Shown here in pieces: positions 1-13,813 of a stretch of 64,000 bases of DNA (the stretch's first letter is position 1; each line of letters starts with the position of its first letter). The position numbers were made by a program, and so were the translations under genes. Under the pieces are notes generated by a model. It saw only the letters and a list, made by a program, of their open reading frames with translations. It was not told the DNA's origin and did not search any database. The stretch is from the human T2T-CHM13v2.0 reference genome, Homo sapiens, in NCBI RefSeq assembly GCF_009914755.1, contig NC_060937.1; one strand, 5' to 3'.

Positions 1-97
1 AGCCATGTAGAACTATGAGTCAATTAAACCTCTTTCCTCTATAAATTGCCCAGTCTCGGGTAATATCTTTATAGCAGGGTGAAAACAGACTAATACA
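1..97 (+). mobile_element. 3' end of a THE1/MST (MaLR) LTR
   Basis: Reads gaactatgagtcaattaaacctctttcc...cagactaataca, the standard THE1 LTR terminus; no internal sequence follows. Confidence 0.9.
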
Positions 98-814
98 CTT
101 TGGTAAAGATCGGTAAAATGAGAATCTGCACTTCTGTTAATATATCTGTTCACCATTTTTTTTTTCCTTTGGAACACCATAGGGATAGTTAATACATAAC
201 AATCAACATTCTTTAGGTTAACAGTGGTAAGTTACATGGTAGTTTAATTTGAAGTCTCCAACCTTTTTAGATTTTAAGCACTATTTTATAAGTGCACTTA
301 ATGAAGTCAACAATCATCAAACAGAGAACCGAAATGTCAGCATGGACTAAATCTGAAAAATTGCTCATTATTCACTGTCAAAGTAGCTTATGAACTTTTA
401 ATAGATAAGCCCTCAAAATTTGAGAATAAAATAATTAGAACAGATGAGACTGGTCTAAGTGATGGGGTGATGTATTTCAATTCTATGCCTTTATAATTTT
501 ATAAAATAATATATATAAATTTCAAAATAATCTGTTTATAATAAGGTCTTTGACCTTTAGTATTTGTATCTTTTATTATCCATGCTTATTTATGTCACTA
601 ATTTATAGATCAAGATGAGTCAGTCTTTTGCCTTTTCAGAACTAAAGGTATAATATTAAGTGTAAATATTGAAACCTTTACAGAAGACAGGTGTTATTTA
701 TTAAACATGCTTATTTTTCAAATTTTCTGCTCCTTTTCAACTCTGTATAACCTTTCACTTACCCCTGCTGATGCTCTGATGTTCCAGGGGTCACACCTGT
801 TCTTAAGGAAGTGT

Positions 815-832
815 GGGAGGGAGTGGGTTGGG
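815..832 (+). other. Canonical G-quadruplex motif
   Basis: GGG-A-GGG-AGT-GGG-TT-GGG: four G3 tracts with 1-3 nt loops. Confidence 0.6.
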
Positions 833-1770
833 AATTTGAGAGAAACACCTGGGTGAACTTTGCTGTAAGGGATCTTTATATGTTGCTCAGTCTTTTCACC
901 TCCTGCCCCATTGCCTTCTCTGTTGACAACAGCAGCATGCCTCTTGCTGCCCCATGGGTTAGAATTCTTCCTTACAGGCAAAATAACAGCAAACAGCTCT
1001 ACTTTAAGAATACTGAGCAGTTTTTGCTTTCAATAAAAAGCTCAACACTAAGAATACAAACATAAGGAAGGGATTTTGTTATAAAATGATACATAAACAT
1101 TGAAACATAAAGTATGCATTTTTAGGAGAAGGAACATCAAGGATTTATTCTTAGCATCCGAAGTAGTATAATCTTCAGCAAGTTATTTAAGATATTGGAA
1201 CTCATTATCTTTATACATAAAATGCTGTTCAACTAGATGATGTATTATATCCAGTTCCTCTAGTCTGTTTCTAACTCCATGGCATTTCAAGATGTGTGGG
1301 CAGTTATTAGTTTCCAAGTGATGATTCTTCATCCCACCTTCCCCAAAACACAACTCAATGGCTTTACCATTAAAACTCTGCTGCCTTTGATACTAAAGCC
1401 ATTGGAGGAGTATGGTATAATATTGCTACAGAACTGAAGGTGAGGAATTGATTTCAAAAAATAAGTAGTGGTGAATTGATTAAGCTTAAGTAAACAGATG
1501 CTAAGGAACCAAAATACCTGCTTGTATGATGATACCTGCTTTAACACTTTAACACTTTCCCTCTTCTCTGGTACTGTGTCTGACATTTTGTCAATTAGAT
1601 ATGCATTGGAGTTACCCAAACTTTTCATTTAAATACATCCATTAAAAATGATTTTAATACTAAAGTAGGAAGAATGTTTAATGTAACTGTTTTCTTGATC
1701 TTATGAAATAGATGGAATAAAGGCTATGAACAATGGTTTTACCACCAACTAACCATCTGTCCAGTGTGTA

Positions 1771-1960
1771 TAATGTGCCAGTGTTTACTAAGCCATGTGT
1801 ATCATCTCACTAAAAACTCACAAAGATCATATGGAGTAGAAATAATTATCCCCATTTTACAGATGGTCAGATAGCTAAGCCAAAGATCATCATGTTTATA
1901 TAGTTAATCTGTGGCCACAAGAGCTAATAAATAAAACAAATGATATTCAAATAAAAGTAT
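1771..1960 (-). mobile_element. MIR SINE fragment
   Basis: attatccccattttacagatg is the reverse complement of the MIR core. Confidence 0.7.
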
Positions 1961-2168
1961 AACTCTAAATCTTATGTTTTGGCTGCTATTAAATGTTAAT
2001 ATATTCAGATAGCAAGGGTTTACAATACTGCAGGAAGTTTGAACAATATCATATTTATTTAATATGATATATATATTTTCTTGAATTGAATTCTTGAATT
2101 TTAGCCTGATTACATAAACATAGTTTCTACATCATTAGAGTCTTTCTAAACATAATTTAATTGATGCC

Positions 2169-2663
2169 TGTATTAGCTTTCTGTTGCTTCTGTAACAAAT
2201 GGTCACAAATTTAGTGGCTTAAAACAATACAACTTTCTTATCTTACAGTTTTGAGAGTCAGAAATTCGTGTTGCTGAGATAAAGTGAAGATGTTGGCAGG
2301 GCTGCATTTATTTCTGGCGGCTCTGGAGAGAATGTCTTTCCTTGCCTATTCCATCTTCTAGAGATGGCCTGCATTGCTTGCCTCATTATCACTTCCCTCA
2401 TCTTGAAATCCAGTGGGTTAAGTCCTTCTCATATTGCATTACCCTGACTTACACTGCTGTCTCCATCTTCCACTTTTAAAAACCCTTGTGAATACATGGA
2501 GGTCACCTGGAGAAAATATAAAATTTTAGCATCCGATGATTAACAGCCTTAATTCTGTCTGCAACTTTAATCCCCCTTTGCCATGAAACCTAATATGGTC
2601 ATAGGTTCTGGCAATTAGGACATGGGCATATTTGGAGAGTGGGGCGTTATTCTGCCTTCCACA
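2169..2663 (-). mobile_element. MLT1D-like solo LTR (MaLR)
   Basis: tgtattag...aaatttagtggcttaaaacaa...ttattctgccttccaca; near-perfect 5-bp TSD atgcc/atggc. Confidence 0.9.
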
Positions 2664-4424
2664 ATGGCTAAAATGATATTTTCAACCTCTATCCTAATAA
2701 TTTATACTGCCATTGTCCTATGTCTGAATAAATTTTATTAATGTTGAGATTGTTACCTTATGATATATACCTAAAAGAAGATAAAATTTCAAACACATAT
2801 ACATACGTTATATATTACTTGCCTGACACAAATTTCCTATTTCTTGAGGTCATAATTGTGTCTCATAGGTTAGTCTTTAGAACATGTTGTAATTTTTAAT
2901 TTTGATGTATTTTTCAAGATCTCTGTAAATTTGTGAACATATTTATGTGGATTTGCTACATGAGAGCTTAAATACTAAGTGCATATAGTTATAATGCACT
3001 TAGATTTGTAAGAATACCATATTTCCCAATCCCAATGGATTGGCCATTGATGGTGTTTTCCATTCTGGTTTCGTAGTCCTGCTTTTTGATATTGTATGCA
3101 TTTTACTTTCCAAGTGTCTTCATGGGCATGTTAGTTAAAAGCTAATAGATGCTTATTAGTTGTTACTAACCACCCTGTACTCTGAAATGTGTCCTAATTC
3201 AGAACAGGAAAATTTATTTGTGTTTTTGAATTGTGTACAACATGTAGCTCATTCAAATTAAGTATATCCTGTTATAAATGAGAGTTAAACATGGCATAAT
3301 GTTCATCTTACCTGAACTGCCTACTTTTGGTTCCAGAATCAAGTCAACTGTAGTAGTAGTCAGGTGAAGTCCATGCAGACATATTCCTACTCTGTAATAA
3401 TAACTCAGAGATTTGTTAGCTTTATATTTTGTGAACAAAATAAAAATATTAGTTTTAAATCATAAACTCCCAACAAGGAATAAAATATATGTATTTATTT
3501 ATCTGATATGTTATTGAGCATGAAAACTAAATTTTTGATGAGAATTGCCATTAACATTCAGTTGTAATTTACCAAAACGCATGAAAGGCATTTGGCTAAC
3601 ATATTTTTTGTTATTGTTCTGGTTCATTCATATTTCTCTTCTTGATTTGTTTTTGTTCTGTTGATCTTGTGTTCTTGTACAACACTAATGAGATTTGGGC
3701 TATCACTTTCCTATATGAGTATTCTTATTACTCTTTAATTAAAATTTAGATTTCTATATCTACATTGCTTAAAATTCACTTTGAGTTTGTATCTTCAGAA
3801 ATTATTCTCTTAGGAGAATAAACTTCTCTCTAATATGAGCTGCAAAGTCATTGCCTCTAGCTACTCATTAGTAGAAAAGAATTCCTTATTCACATTGTCT
3901 TGACGTTGCCTGTATATCTCTGAACCATCTCTACCAGCTGGATCCGTGCTCTACATGCATTTTGTTGCTAGTAATTGTCTTGCAAATTCATCGCCTTTTA
4001 GAAGAAAGAGTAACTTTGTTGAAAATTCGTTCTTTTTGTTTAAATGTGTTCATTCTGACTATTCTTTGGAAACTACCAATCTTATTGACAAAATGCTGCA
4101 GCTAAAAATGAAAAGTTAGTGTCCACCATCAGGGCTGCAATATGCTGTTGTTCCAACTGTAACACTCTGTAACACAAAGGGGAACTACTGGACACACAGA
4201 CATCATTGTTTATATATTTATTGGAACAATTTTTGGGATGGCATTCATGTATCTTTGTACCAAAATCAATATTTTCTGACAATGATTTGATATATGGAAG
4301 TGTCTTAGGGAAGATACATTTTTTGAAATTTTTGATCAAAGAATCATATGAGTTAACATTGGCCCTCACTATTATAGCAAGGATGTTGGGACTGCATTTA
4401 TTCAAATACGTTTAGGCAGAAAGC

Positions 4425-4610
4425 ACAACAAAGTAGTTGAGAGCATGGTCTCATTTGGAATCAGAAAGACTGGGTTCAAATAATGTTTCTTTTTGTTTGT
4501 TTGTTTTGTTTTCCCTACAGTTATGTAACCTTGGAATATATATTTAACCATTGAGAAATTTGGTTTTCTCATCTGGAAAAATGGGAACAGATAACAAAAT
4601 TGTTATAAGG
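4425..4610 (+). mobile_element. MIR SINE
   Basis: ggaatcagaaagactgggttcaaat...tgtaaccttgg...ctcatctggaaaaatggg. Confidence 0.75.
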
Positions 4611-5420
4611 CAAGACAAAATCAATGGATCATGAAATATGGGCATACGTTGGTAAAAATGGGAGGTAAGTATATGCTGCTAGGCCAGCAACCTGGGAGAC
4701 TAAGGGAAAGAGTTGCATTTTGAATGTGTATCATGTGCATGCATATCATATTTAAATAAATAAATAAATAAAAATAGCATCATTTTTAAATGATGCTGTA
4801 GGTAGAATACTTATCAAAGTGGTTAGCATGCAGTAAACATGCAATGGCAACTCCTAGACATGCATCCATGGCAATTAGAAACATTGACCCAAATGGCCAG
4901 AACTGCTGGATGATTAGAGAAATAGGATTTGATAACTGAAAACTATGGGGAGAAGTCTCAGAAGCGGAGGCTTTGAGTGTATTCTATAGAACGAGGTATT
5001 ATAGATATGAGTAAAGTCCACTGCTTCCTCTGATCTTTTTCCTCTGACCTAAAGACCTTTGATATTTTGGTGCCCAGAAAAAAAAAAGTAGAAAATACAT
5101 CTACCTAACACCAGTTTAATCTCAAACGATCCACAGAAGTTTTTGAGACAGAATACCTGATTGAGAGCAGATGTGGAAGTCTGGAAAAATAAACTGAATG
5201 AGTCATAACTTGGATGTGACTATTGTGTATAAAACTACATCTTTCAAGCATTTTGTTACTTTAAGTTTTTAGTGTTTTAATATTATGCACTTTTTAATCC
5301 TCTTTTCTCAAAGCAGTTTCCATGGATCATCAGAGATGGGATGTAGCCCAGGAAAAATGTTTAGTCACAGCCTAATGTGGGTCTAGGGGAACCTTTATAA
5401 TTAGACATGTAGGAATATTT

Positions 5421-5842
5421 GTGTGGCATGTTGGATTTTCCACAAGCAGCTGGGTTTGAGATGGATTTGGGGCATAAAATATTTATTATTGGCACCTGTG
5501 AAATAAAAGAGGGAGAAAAGGATTGAGCAGAGGGAGAAATTAAATAGTGATGTAGCTCTGACAAAGCTTTAACCAGCCAAGTAGGTAGCTGTGAATTGAG
5601 TGCTGCCCGACAGTTTCCCCAGATTGGGTTAAAATGGCTGGGCCTTTATAACCCACCTTGCTCATTCAGTGGATATAAGCAGCTCACTCTCTCCTTTTCA
5701 ACCCCACACACGAAGGCCTCAGGCAAAGGTAGTTAAGTTAGACTTGAAGAAGCTGATAACTGGATACTGATGACTGCACTTCAGCAGCCAGGCATCAAGT
5801 GTGGATGGATGCTGTGGGAACACATCTCTGTGACTTTCACTC
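5421..5842 (-). mobile_element. LTR16A-like ERV-L LTR
   Basis: cacctgtga...ggattgagcagagggagaa...gggcctttataacc resembles reverse-complemented LTR16. Confidence 0.65.
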
Positions 5843-6002
5843 TCATATTAGAACTCTAAAATGACTTTGATAAACAAAAACTCAACCAAATGCTGTACTT
5901 CCACAAGTCTTGAGTATTTATATTTCAATTGTTCATTATCCTCATGAAAACCTTATTCATTTTCATTTGTAAACCCAAGAAAGATATCATAATAATAAAG
6001 AT

Positions 6003-6027
6003 ATAATAATAATAATAATAATAATAA
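6003..6027. repeat. (TAA)n microsatellite
   Basis: Direct reading. Confidence 0.9.
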
Positions 6028-6539
6028 ACTATGTATGTTTTTAAATACCTGCCAGGTGTGTGTGATCCATGTTTTCAACCCAATATTTAGACAGACACTC
6101 CAGAATGTCTCTTTATTTCTCTTGATAAAATTGTTTCTCATTTTTTGCAGTTTCTCTTTTATTTCCTTTTATTATATAGATATATAATCTTGATCCCATA
6201 CTTTTTCAAGTAAAACTAAGAAAGGTAATGCACTTTTATTTAAGTATATTTGAAAGAATAACAGAATTTACTATATAGAAAAAATCTATAGTAATATGAT
6301 CAATTATCCTGGTCCAGAGAAATGTTTTAAGTTTATAAACTTGAAATCTAAGGCTAAAATAAGCTCTTTAAAATTATATGCATTAGGTTTTATATTTGAA
6401 TAAATTATTTTTAAATAACATGTGAAGAGCTTATTTTTCAAAATGAGAGCCTGTTTCCCTGGAGGAAGAGAGAAGTTCTCTTTTTTCATATTTTAATAAA
6501 CAAAAGTTTACACCTAACATTGGCAGCAAATATCCCCAG

Positions 6540-6903
6540 TGATATGGTTTGGTTTTGTCCCCACCCTAATCTCATCTTGAATTATAATCCACATAATCCC
6601 CACATGTTGTGGGAGGGACCCCATGGGAGGTAATTGAATCATGCGGGTGGTTTACCCCATGCTGTTCTCCTGATAGTGAGTGAGTTATCCTGAGATCTGA
6701 TGTTTTTTCTAAGCATCTGGCATTTCCCCTGCTGGCACTCCTTCTTTCTCCTGCTGCCCTGTGAAGAGGTGCCTTCCGCCATGATTGTAAGTTTTCTGAG
6801 GCCTCCCCAGTCATGCAGAACTGTGAGTCAATTAGACCCTTTTCTTTATAAATTAACCAATTTCAACTGTTTCTTCATAGAAGCATGAGAATGGACTAAT
6901 ACA
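6540..6903 (+). mobile_element. THE1C/D-type LTR (5' outer)
   Basis: tgatatggtttgg...ggactaataca; contains agcatctggcatttcccctgctggcactcc. Confidence 0.92.
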
Positions 6904-6934
6904 GTAAATTGGTACCGGGACAGTGGAGAGAGGG

Positions 6935-7305
6935 TGATATGGTTAGGCCTTGTGTCCCCACCTAAATCTCATCTTGAACTGTAATTCCTATAAACCCCGA
7001 AATCCCCACATGTCAATGGAAAGACCAGGTATAGGTAATTGAATCACGGGAATGGTTTCCCCTATGCTGTTCTTGTGATAATGAGTGAGATCTCACAAGA
7101 TCTGATGGTTTTATAAGGGGTTCTTTTCCCTGTGCTCAGCACTTCTCCTTCCTGCCACCTTGCTTTCACTTTGCCTTCTGCCATGATTATAAATTTCCTG
7201 AGGCCTCCCTAGCCATAGTGAATTATGAGTCTATTAAACCTTTTTCCTTCAGAAATTACCCAGTCTTGGGCAGTTTTTTTAGCAGTATGAAAATAGGCTA
7301 ATACA
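6935..7305 (+). mobile_element. THE1C/D-type LTR of a different variant (middle)
   Basis: tgatatggttaggc...ggctaataca; contains ataaggggttcttttccc...cagcacttctccttcc instead of the outer-LTR block. Confidence 0.9.
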
Positions 7306-8871
7306 GTACATTGGTACCAGGTGTAGGGCACTGCTGTAAAGATACTCAAAAATGTGGAAGTGACTTTGGAACTAGGTAATAGGCACAGATTGGAACAGTT
7401 CCAAAAGCTCAGAAGAAGACAGGAAAATATGGGAATGCTTGGAACTTCCTACAGACTTGGAGGACTCAGAACACAGGAAGATGTGGGAAAGTTTGGAACT
7501 GCCTAGAAACCTGTTGAATGGCTTTGACCAAAATGCTGATAGTGATCAATGAAGTACATGCAAAGGTGGTCTCAGATGGAGATGAGGAAGTTATTGGGAA
7601 CTGGAGCAAAGGTCATTCTTGCTAAGCTTTAGCAAAGAGACTGGTGGCATTTTGCTCCTACCCTAGAGATCTTTGGAAACTTGAACTTGAGAGAAACTGA
7701 AATTGGAATTTATGTTTAAAAGGGAAGCAGAACATAAGTGTTTGGAAAATTTGCAGCCTGACAATGCAATAGAAGATAAAAATTTATTTTCTGGGGAGTA
7801 ATTCAAGCCCACTGCAGAAATTTCCATAAGTATGGAGGAGCCAAATGTTAATTACCAAGACAATGGGGAAAATGTCTCCAGGGCATGTCAGAGGTCTTCA
7901 TGGCAGACCCTCCCATCACAGGCCCAGAGACTTAGGAGGGAAAAATGGTTTCCTGTGCTGCGCCAAGGGCCCTTCTGCTGTGTGCAGCCTCAGGACTTGG
8001 TGCCCTCGTCCCAGCCCCTCCAGCCATGGCAAAAAAGGGGCCAAGGTACAGCTCAGGCTGTTGCTTCAGAGGGTGCCAGCCCCAAGCCTTGTCAGCTTCA
8101 ATGTGGTGTTGGTCCTGTGCACAGAAGACAAGAATTGAGGTTTGGAAAACTCTATCTAGATTTCAGAGGATGTATGGAAATGCCTGGATGTCCAGGCAGA
8201 ATTTTGTTGCAGGGGTGGGACCCTCATGGGGAACCTCTGCTAGCACAGTGCAAAAGGGAAATGTGGGGTCGGAGCCCTTACAGAGAGTCCCTACTAGGGC
8301 ACTGCCTAGTGGAGCTGTGAGAAGAGGGCCACCATCCTCCAGACCCTAGAAGAGTAGATCCACTGACAGCTTGCAACCTGCACCTGGAAAAGCCACAGAT
8401 AATTAATGCCAGCCTGTGATAGCTGCCTGCTGGGAGGGGGCCAGTACCCTGCAAAGCCATAGGGGCAGAGCTGCCCAAGTCCATGGGAGCCCACTTCTTG
8501 CATCAGCATGACCTGGATGTGGGGCATGAAGGCAAAGGAGATCATTGGGGAACTTTAAGGTTCAATGACTGTGCTCTTGGATTTTGGACTTGCATGGGGC
8601 CTGTAGCCCCTTTGTTTTGGCCAATTTCTCTCATTTGGAACAGGTGTATTTACCCAATGCCTGTACCCCTATTCTGTCTGGGAAGTAACTAACTTGCTTT
8701 TGATTTTACAAGCTCATAGGTGGAAGGGACTTGCCTTGTCTCAGATGAGACTTTGGACTTGGACTTTTGGATTAATGCTGGAATGGGTTAAGACTTTGGA
8801 GGATTGTCGAGGAGACATGATTGTATTTTGAAATGTGAGGATCTGAGATTTGAGAGAGGCCAGAAGTGGAA

Positions 8872-9230
8872 TTATATGGTTTGGCTGTGTCCCCACCCAA
8901 ATCTCATCTTGAATTATGATCCCCATGATCCCCATATGTTGGGGGAGGGAACCAGTTGGAGGTAATTGAATCATGGGGGCATTTTCCCCCATGCTGTTCT
9001 TGTGATAGTGAGTTCTCATGAGATCTTATGGTTTTATAAGCATCTGATATTTCCCCTGCTGGCACTCCTTCTCTCTTCTGCTGCTCTGTGATAGGTTTCT
9101 TCCACCATGATTGTATGTTTCCTGGGGCCTCCCCAGCCATGCAGAACTGTGAATCAATTAAACCTCTTTTCTTTGTAAATTACACAGTCTTGGTTATTTC
9201 TTCATAGCAGTATGAGAACCGACTAATACA
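8872..9230 (+). mobile_element. THE1C/D-type LTR (3' outer)
   Basis: Follows purine tract gccagaagtggaa; shares the agcatctg..atttcccctgctggcactcc block with the first LTR. Confidence 0.92.
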
Positions 9231-10118
9231 CCTAGTTGAGCATATATAGTTTATTTTTGGGGGAAAAAAGAAAAAAAGAAAAAAAAGATAATTGACTGCT
9301 CAGATGGTGACAGCTTTTTCTTTGGCTTTCTTCAGTAACATTTCTGACATTTCTTTGACCATTCCAAAACTTCATGAGACCCTTCAGTCAGGAGTTTCAC
9401 AGGAGTAGGCAAGCATGAAATTAATTTCCCAAAATGAAGTAGCTTACAGGTGCCAGAAGATCCCATAACTCAGTAATACTGGTAAATCCCTAAATTAGTT
9501 ATTTCGCTTCTTGGGTTTTTGTTGCTATCGTTGTTATTGCTCTTGTGATTTAACTGGGTGAATTTCTTCAATTTTTGGTTTCTTATATCAAAAGAGTGGA
9601 TTCCATATTTTTAGAACAAGGAAACCACTGTTTATTGGTGTGTGTGCATGTATGTGTGTATTTTAATTTTCTGGCAAAAATCCTTCTCAGTAAGACCTAC
9701 TTATCCAGGTATATACCTATTTTTTAATGTTACTAAGGGATATTGTCCCTTCATATTGCATTCAAAATTGTTCTAATCCTTTCATTATAATCCTGCAGGA
9801 AGGGTAGTATGCAGAGTTGTTGCCCTATAGCTGTAATTCCTATTCTGAGGAATATAAATTCTGATCTCTGTATAAAATCTTGAAGGAATTCCACAAGAAG
9901 GATTGTACTATGCTATACCGGTTTCTCATTTACAGATAAAAGTATCAGATTAACTATGTTAAAAATATGTAATTTTTAGTAATGCAATCATTTAAACCTA
10001 AATTTTAGTATATGTTTATTGACCTAAATATAATATTTTATCTTAGCTCTTGCTAAGTAATTGTCATCAATTATTTTAAATGAGTCACAATCAAGTATTT
10101 AGAATAGTGAGTGGGTGC

Positions 10119-10144
10119 GTGTGTGTGTGTGTGTGTGTGTGTGT
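10119..10144. repeat. (GT)13 microsatellite
   Basis: Direct reading. Confidence 0.95.
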
Positions 10145-12618
10145 ATAGAGGATTCTCTATTGATTTGGGGCCATCATGGGTAATTTGGAGGTCATTTGTT
10201 AAGATTCTTCCTGTGAGTTTCATCTCTCATCTTCATTTACATATTATCAGCTATAAAACACTGACAGATATTTTGCATAATGTAGTGAATTATTGTGGCC
10301 ACAAATCAGAAATTAAAACAAATTGTGAATATAAGACTTTCTGAACTAATCATGTGTAATGACTCACTCTTCTATTCTGATTAAGCACTAACAGTTTCCT
10401 TTGTCAGCATGAAAGGATATGAAACCTCAGAGATAAATGGTAACCCAGTCTAAGTCCATCTCTCAAAGAGACCAATGGGCCATCAACCCATCCTCTGTTC
10501 ATTTCTCTAAAACCTTAGTATATAATTGGGATGGATATTGAGTTGGAACAGTCTTTACATTTATACCAAGACCAGTGGAATAAAAAGAAAATGGAAGATC
10601 CAAGTGGAAGCCCTAATACTACACTTCCTCCACCTAGATCTAGGTAATAAATCAGAAGCAATATTGTATTTAGACAGATGGCAGAAGTTAGTGCCATTCT
10701 TATAGATTTATAAGATGCAGTGTTAATGGTCCGTCATATCCCAGTTTCCTACATAAAGAATAAGTTATTGTACCTTGCATCTGCTACTACAAAGAAATAG
10801 GTAACAGTACTTGGCATATTTCTGTGAATTCTGAAGACTGCACATGCTACATGCAGGAATATGGCTCCAATCTATTTATTAGTGCCTTGAAGAGTTGTCG
10901 GTTCTGAGTAGCGTGAAGCGGAAGAAAGGATTCTGCAAGAGATTCAAGACATTTGCGGCCCTGCCAATTAAACCATATGGCTCAGGAGATCTCAAGTTGC
11001 TGGAACTGTCCATATTAAATAGGAATGCTTTTTCGTGTGCCGTGCAAGTTTAGTCTCCTATGAAGAACAGAACCATAGTTTCCGTAAGTTTGTACCATGT
11101 TTTCTAAGGAAGTCCATACCATCAGCAGCAGAAAACTGTTCCTTATGTGAAAAGCACCTCCTGATATGCTACTGGACTCTAGTAGAGACTGAATGTCTAG
11201 ATATGAGACAACAAGTAACTACAGTTAGAGTTGATCATGTGCTGGGTACTGAGTATAGCAGACCAGTCACGTCCAAGTCTTTGGAAAAAAGCATTAACTC
11301 ACTGTATAAAGGAAACAGTGCATAGATATTTGGTCCTGCAACGATTAAGTGTACACAAGTTAGTTTAACAAACAAGTGGCTTGTGCACCCATATCACCAG
11401 CCTCTGTTACAAGTCTCCCCAAAATCAGATTATATTATGGTCTGTGATGTCTTATGTATGACCAGATAATTGAAAAAGGAGAAGAAAGAAAGGTCTGGTC
11501 TGGTTTAGAGATAGCTTGGCTCAATACTATGCTACAGGAGAAAAAGTATCTGTTGCTGCCCAAAGCATTACTTAGAGGTGGCCCTGCAAGACCATGTTGA
11601 AGAAAAAAATCCCAGTATATAGAGTTCTGAGCAACACACCTGCGCATAAACTTGATATAGCTGGAGAATAGCTTGAGGCAATTCCTAAGCTGTAACTGTC
11701 TTGGCTGGTTAGTCAGGAGCCAGGAAGGAAGAGTAGTAGAAATCAGAGGCAATGTATCCTGGAAAGGAAACAAGTAGATGGTCTACAGGAGTGCGCACAG
11801 ACTGTAAAAATGTTTTATTTCTCATCAGCACCCACCAGGGAGAATCTCTCCCACAGAATACCCTACAAACCATCCAGTAGAGTTCAGCCAGCCACTATCC
11901 TCAGCCATCCCAGGACTGAAAAATAAACTGATAATGTTATAGCTATTATAAGGGATGAAAATTTGGCATGCTCTGATGGGAAGTATTTCTCTTACCAAGG
12001 CTTCTTCTGTAGCATTTACCTCTGTTTATTGTTTCAAATACTTGGCGACAAGTTAATTGTGTTAAATCCCTTCCTTTCTGGGGTCAGGAATTCATTTTGA
12101 CTTAGATTAAGACTTTATATAGGTTTATCTTTGCCTTTTTTGCCTTCAGGCTTTAGTATTACAATAATATCCAAGGGTTCATAAAATGCCTCATTTATCA
12201 TTATATGATCCCATATAACATTGTCTTTCATAGGAAAACGTTCTTTTCAAAGGAAAACATTCTACTTAAAAAGAGATGCAACAGTTGACCAATTACTATG
12301 GTTATATATTTGAAGCAGTCAGCCCCGGAGAATCCACCAGCTTTGGGAAGGTACCCTGCAGTTTAGACTGATGTTCTTCAAGTCTGTTATTTCATGGCGA
12401 TCTGTCCCATATAAGTATAACATACATGTCCAGGGCACAATAAAAGGATGTAGCAATGGCCCCCCTATTGCCATAAGTCCTACTGGGAAATTTTTAATTC
12501 CCATTCACAATATTAGTATTTGCTGGGCTAGAATCCATTTCCCAAGGAGGATATTTGTAGGAGGAAACAAAATAAGATTTTACCTAGAAGTAAAATTATA
12601 CCTGTCACCTGAATTTCT

Positions 12619-12897
12619 TTTTTTTTTTTTAGATGGAGTCTCACACTGTTCACTGTCTCCCGGACTGGAGTGCAGTGGCAAGATCTTGGCTCACTGCAAC
12701 CTCCTCCTTCCAGGTTCAAGCGATTCTCCTACCTCAGCCTCCTGAATAGCTGGGATTACAGGCACCCGCCACCATTCCCGGCTAATTTTTTGTATTTTTA
12801 GTAGATACAGGCTTGTCTTGAACGCCTGACCTCATGATCCACCTGCCTGGGCCTCCCAAAGTGCTGGGATTACAGGCGTGAGCCGCTGTGCCTGGCC
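12619..12897 (-). mobile_element. AluS (Sg/Sc-like) with ~20-bp internal deletion
   Basis: Alu dimer; 16-bp TSD tgtcacctgaatttct; lacks the ggtttcaccatgttggcc segment. Confidence 0.95.
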
Positions 12898-13464
12898 TGT
12901 CACCTGAATTTCTAATACCTGCAGAAAAGTAGGTGAAGAAGGGTGTCACTATACTGGCAATAATGACCCTGCTTATCATAAGGAGATAATCATAATGAGG
13001 GCAAGGTTATGCCTGAAGTTCTGAGAATTCACTGGGGTAAATCTTGATGTTTCCACGCTTGTTGATCATTGTAAATGTGCAATTGTAGTGACTAAAGTTA
13101 GACAAGAGATAGTGTTGGGGCAAGCAACAAGGAGCAGCTAAAGTGGTAGGCAAGCGTATGGGGAATCAAGAATAGGTAGTAGAGGAAGGAGACTGGGAAT
13201 CATCAGTTGCAACTTCAGAAACATTGTATCAATGCAGACTCTTGTTCTATTTACTGCATTATAACTGGTTGAAGATTGTTGTAAAAGGTTGGTTGCAAGT
13301 CAGTTTTTTTCCTCACTTCCTCTTTCCTTACTTCCATCCCTCCCTTCCTCAATTCTTTTCTTCCGATGTATATAGAGTTCCTTCCCTCCCTGTCTCACTC
13401 GTATGTTCTTTCTTCCTTTATTGTTAATTGTGAATAGTTACTACCTTGGAAGAATCAATAATAG

Positions 13465-13780
<316 letters not shown>

Positions 13781-13813
13781 AAGATGAACTGAATTTAATA
13801 CGAGGTATGTACA

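Larger units (their letters stand above)
6540..9230 (+). mobile_element. THE1 (MaLR) element with three LTRs: LTR-spacer-LTR-internal-LTR
   Basis: LTRs at 6540-6903, 6935-7305 and 8872-9230; THE1 internal region 7306-8871; TSD cccag/cctag around the whole unit. Confidence 0.92.

Noticed and set aside
7408-7512. ~57-bp tandem duplication near the start of the THE1 internal region
   Set aside because: As I recall, this is a common feature of THE1C/D internal sequences rather than locus-specific.
7832-8692. Longest ORFs in the track (162, 134 and 97 aa)
   Set aside because: They are overlapping frames of the decayed THE1 internal region, not a host gene.
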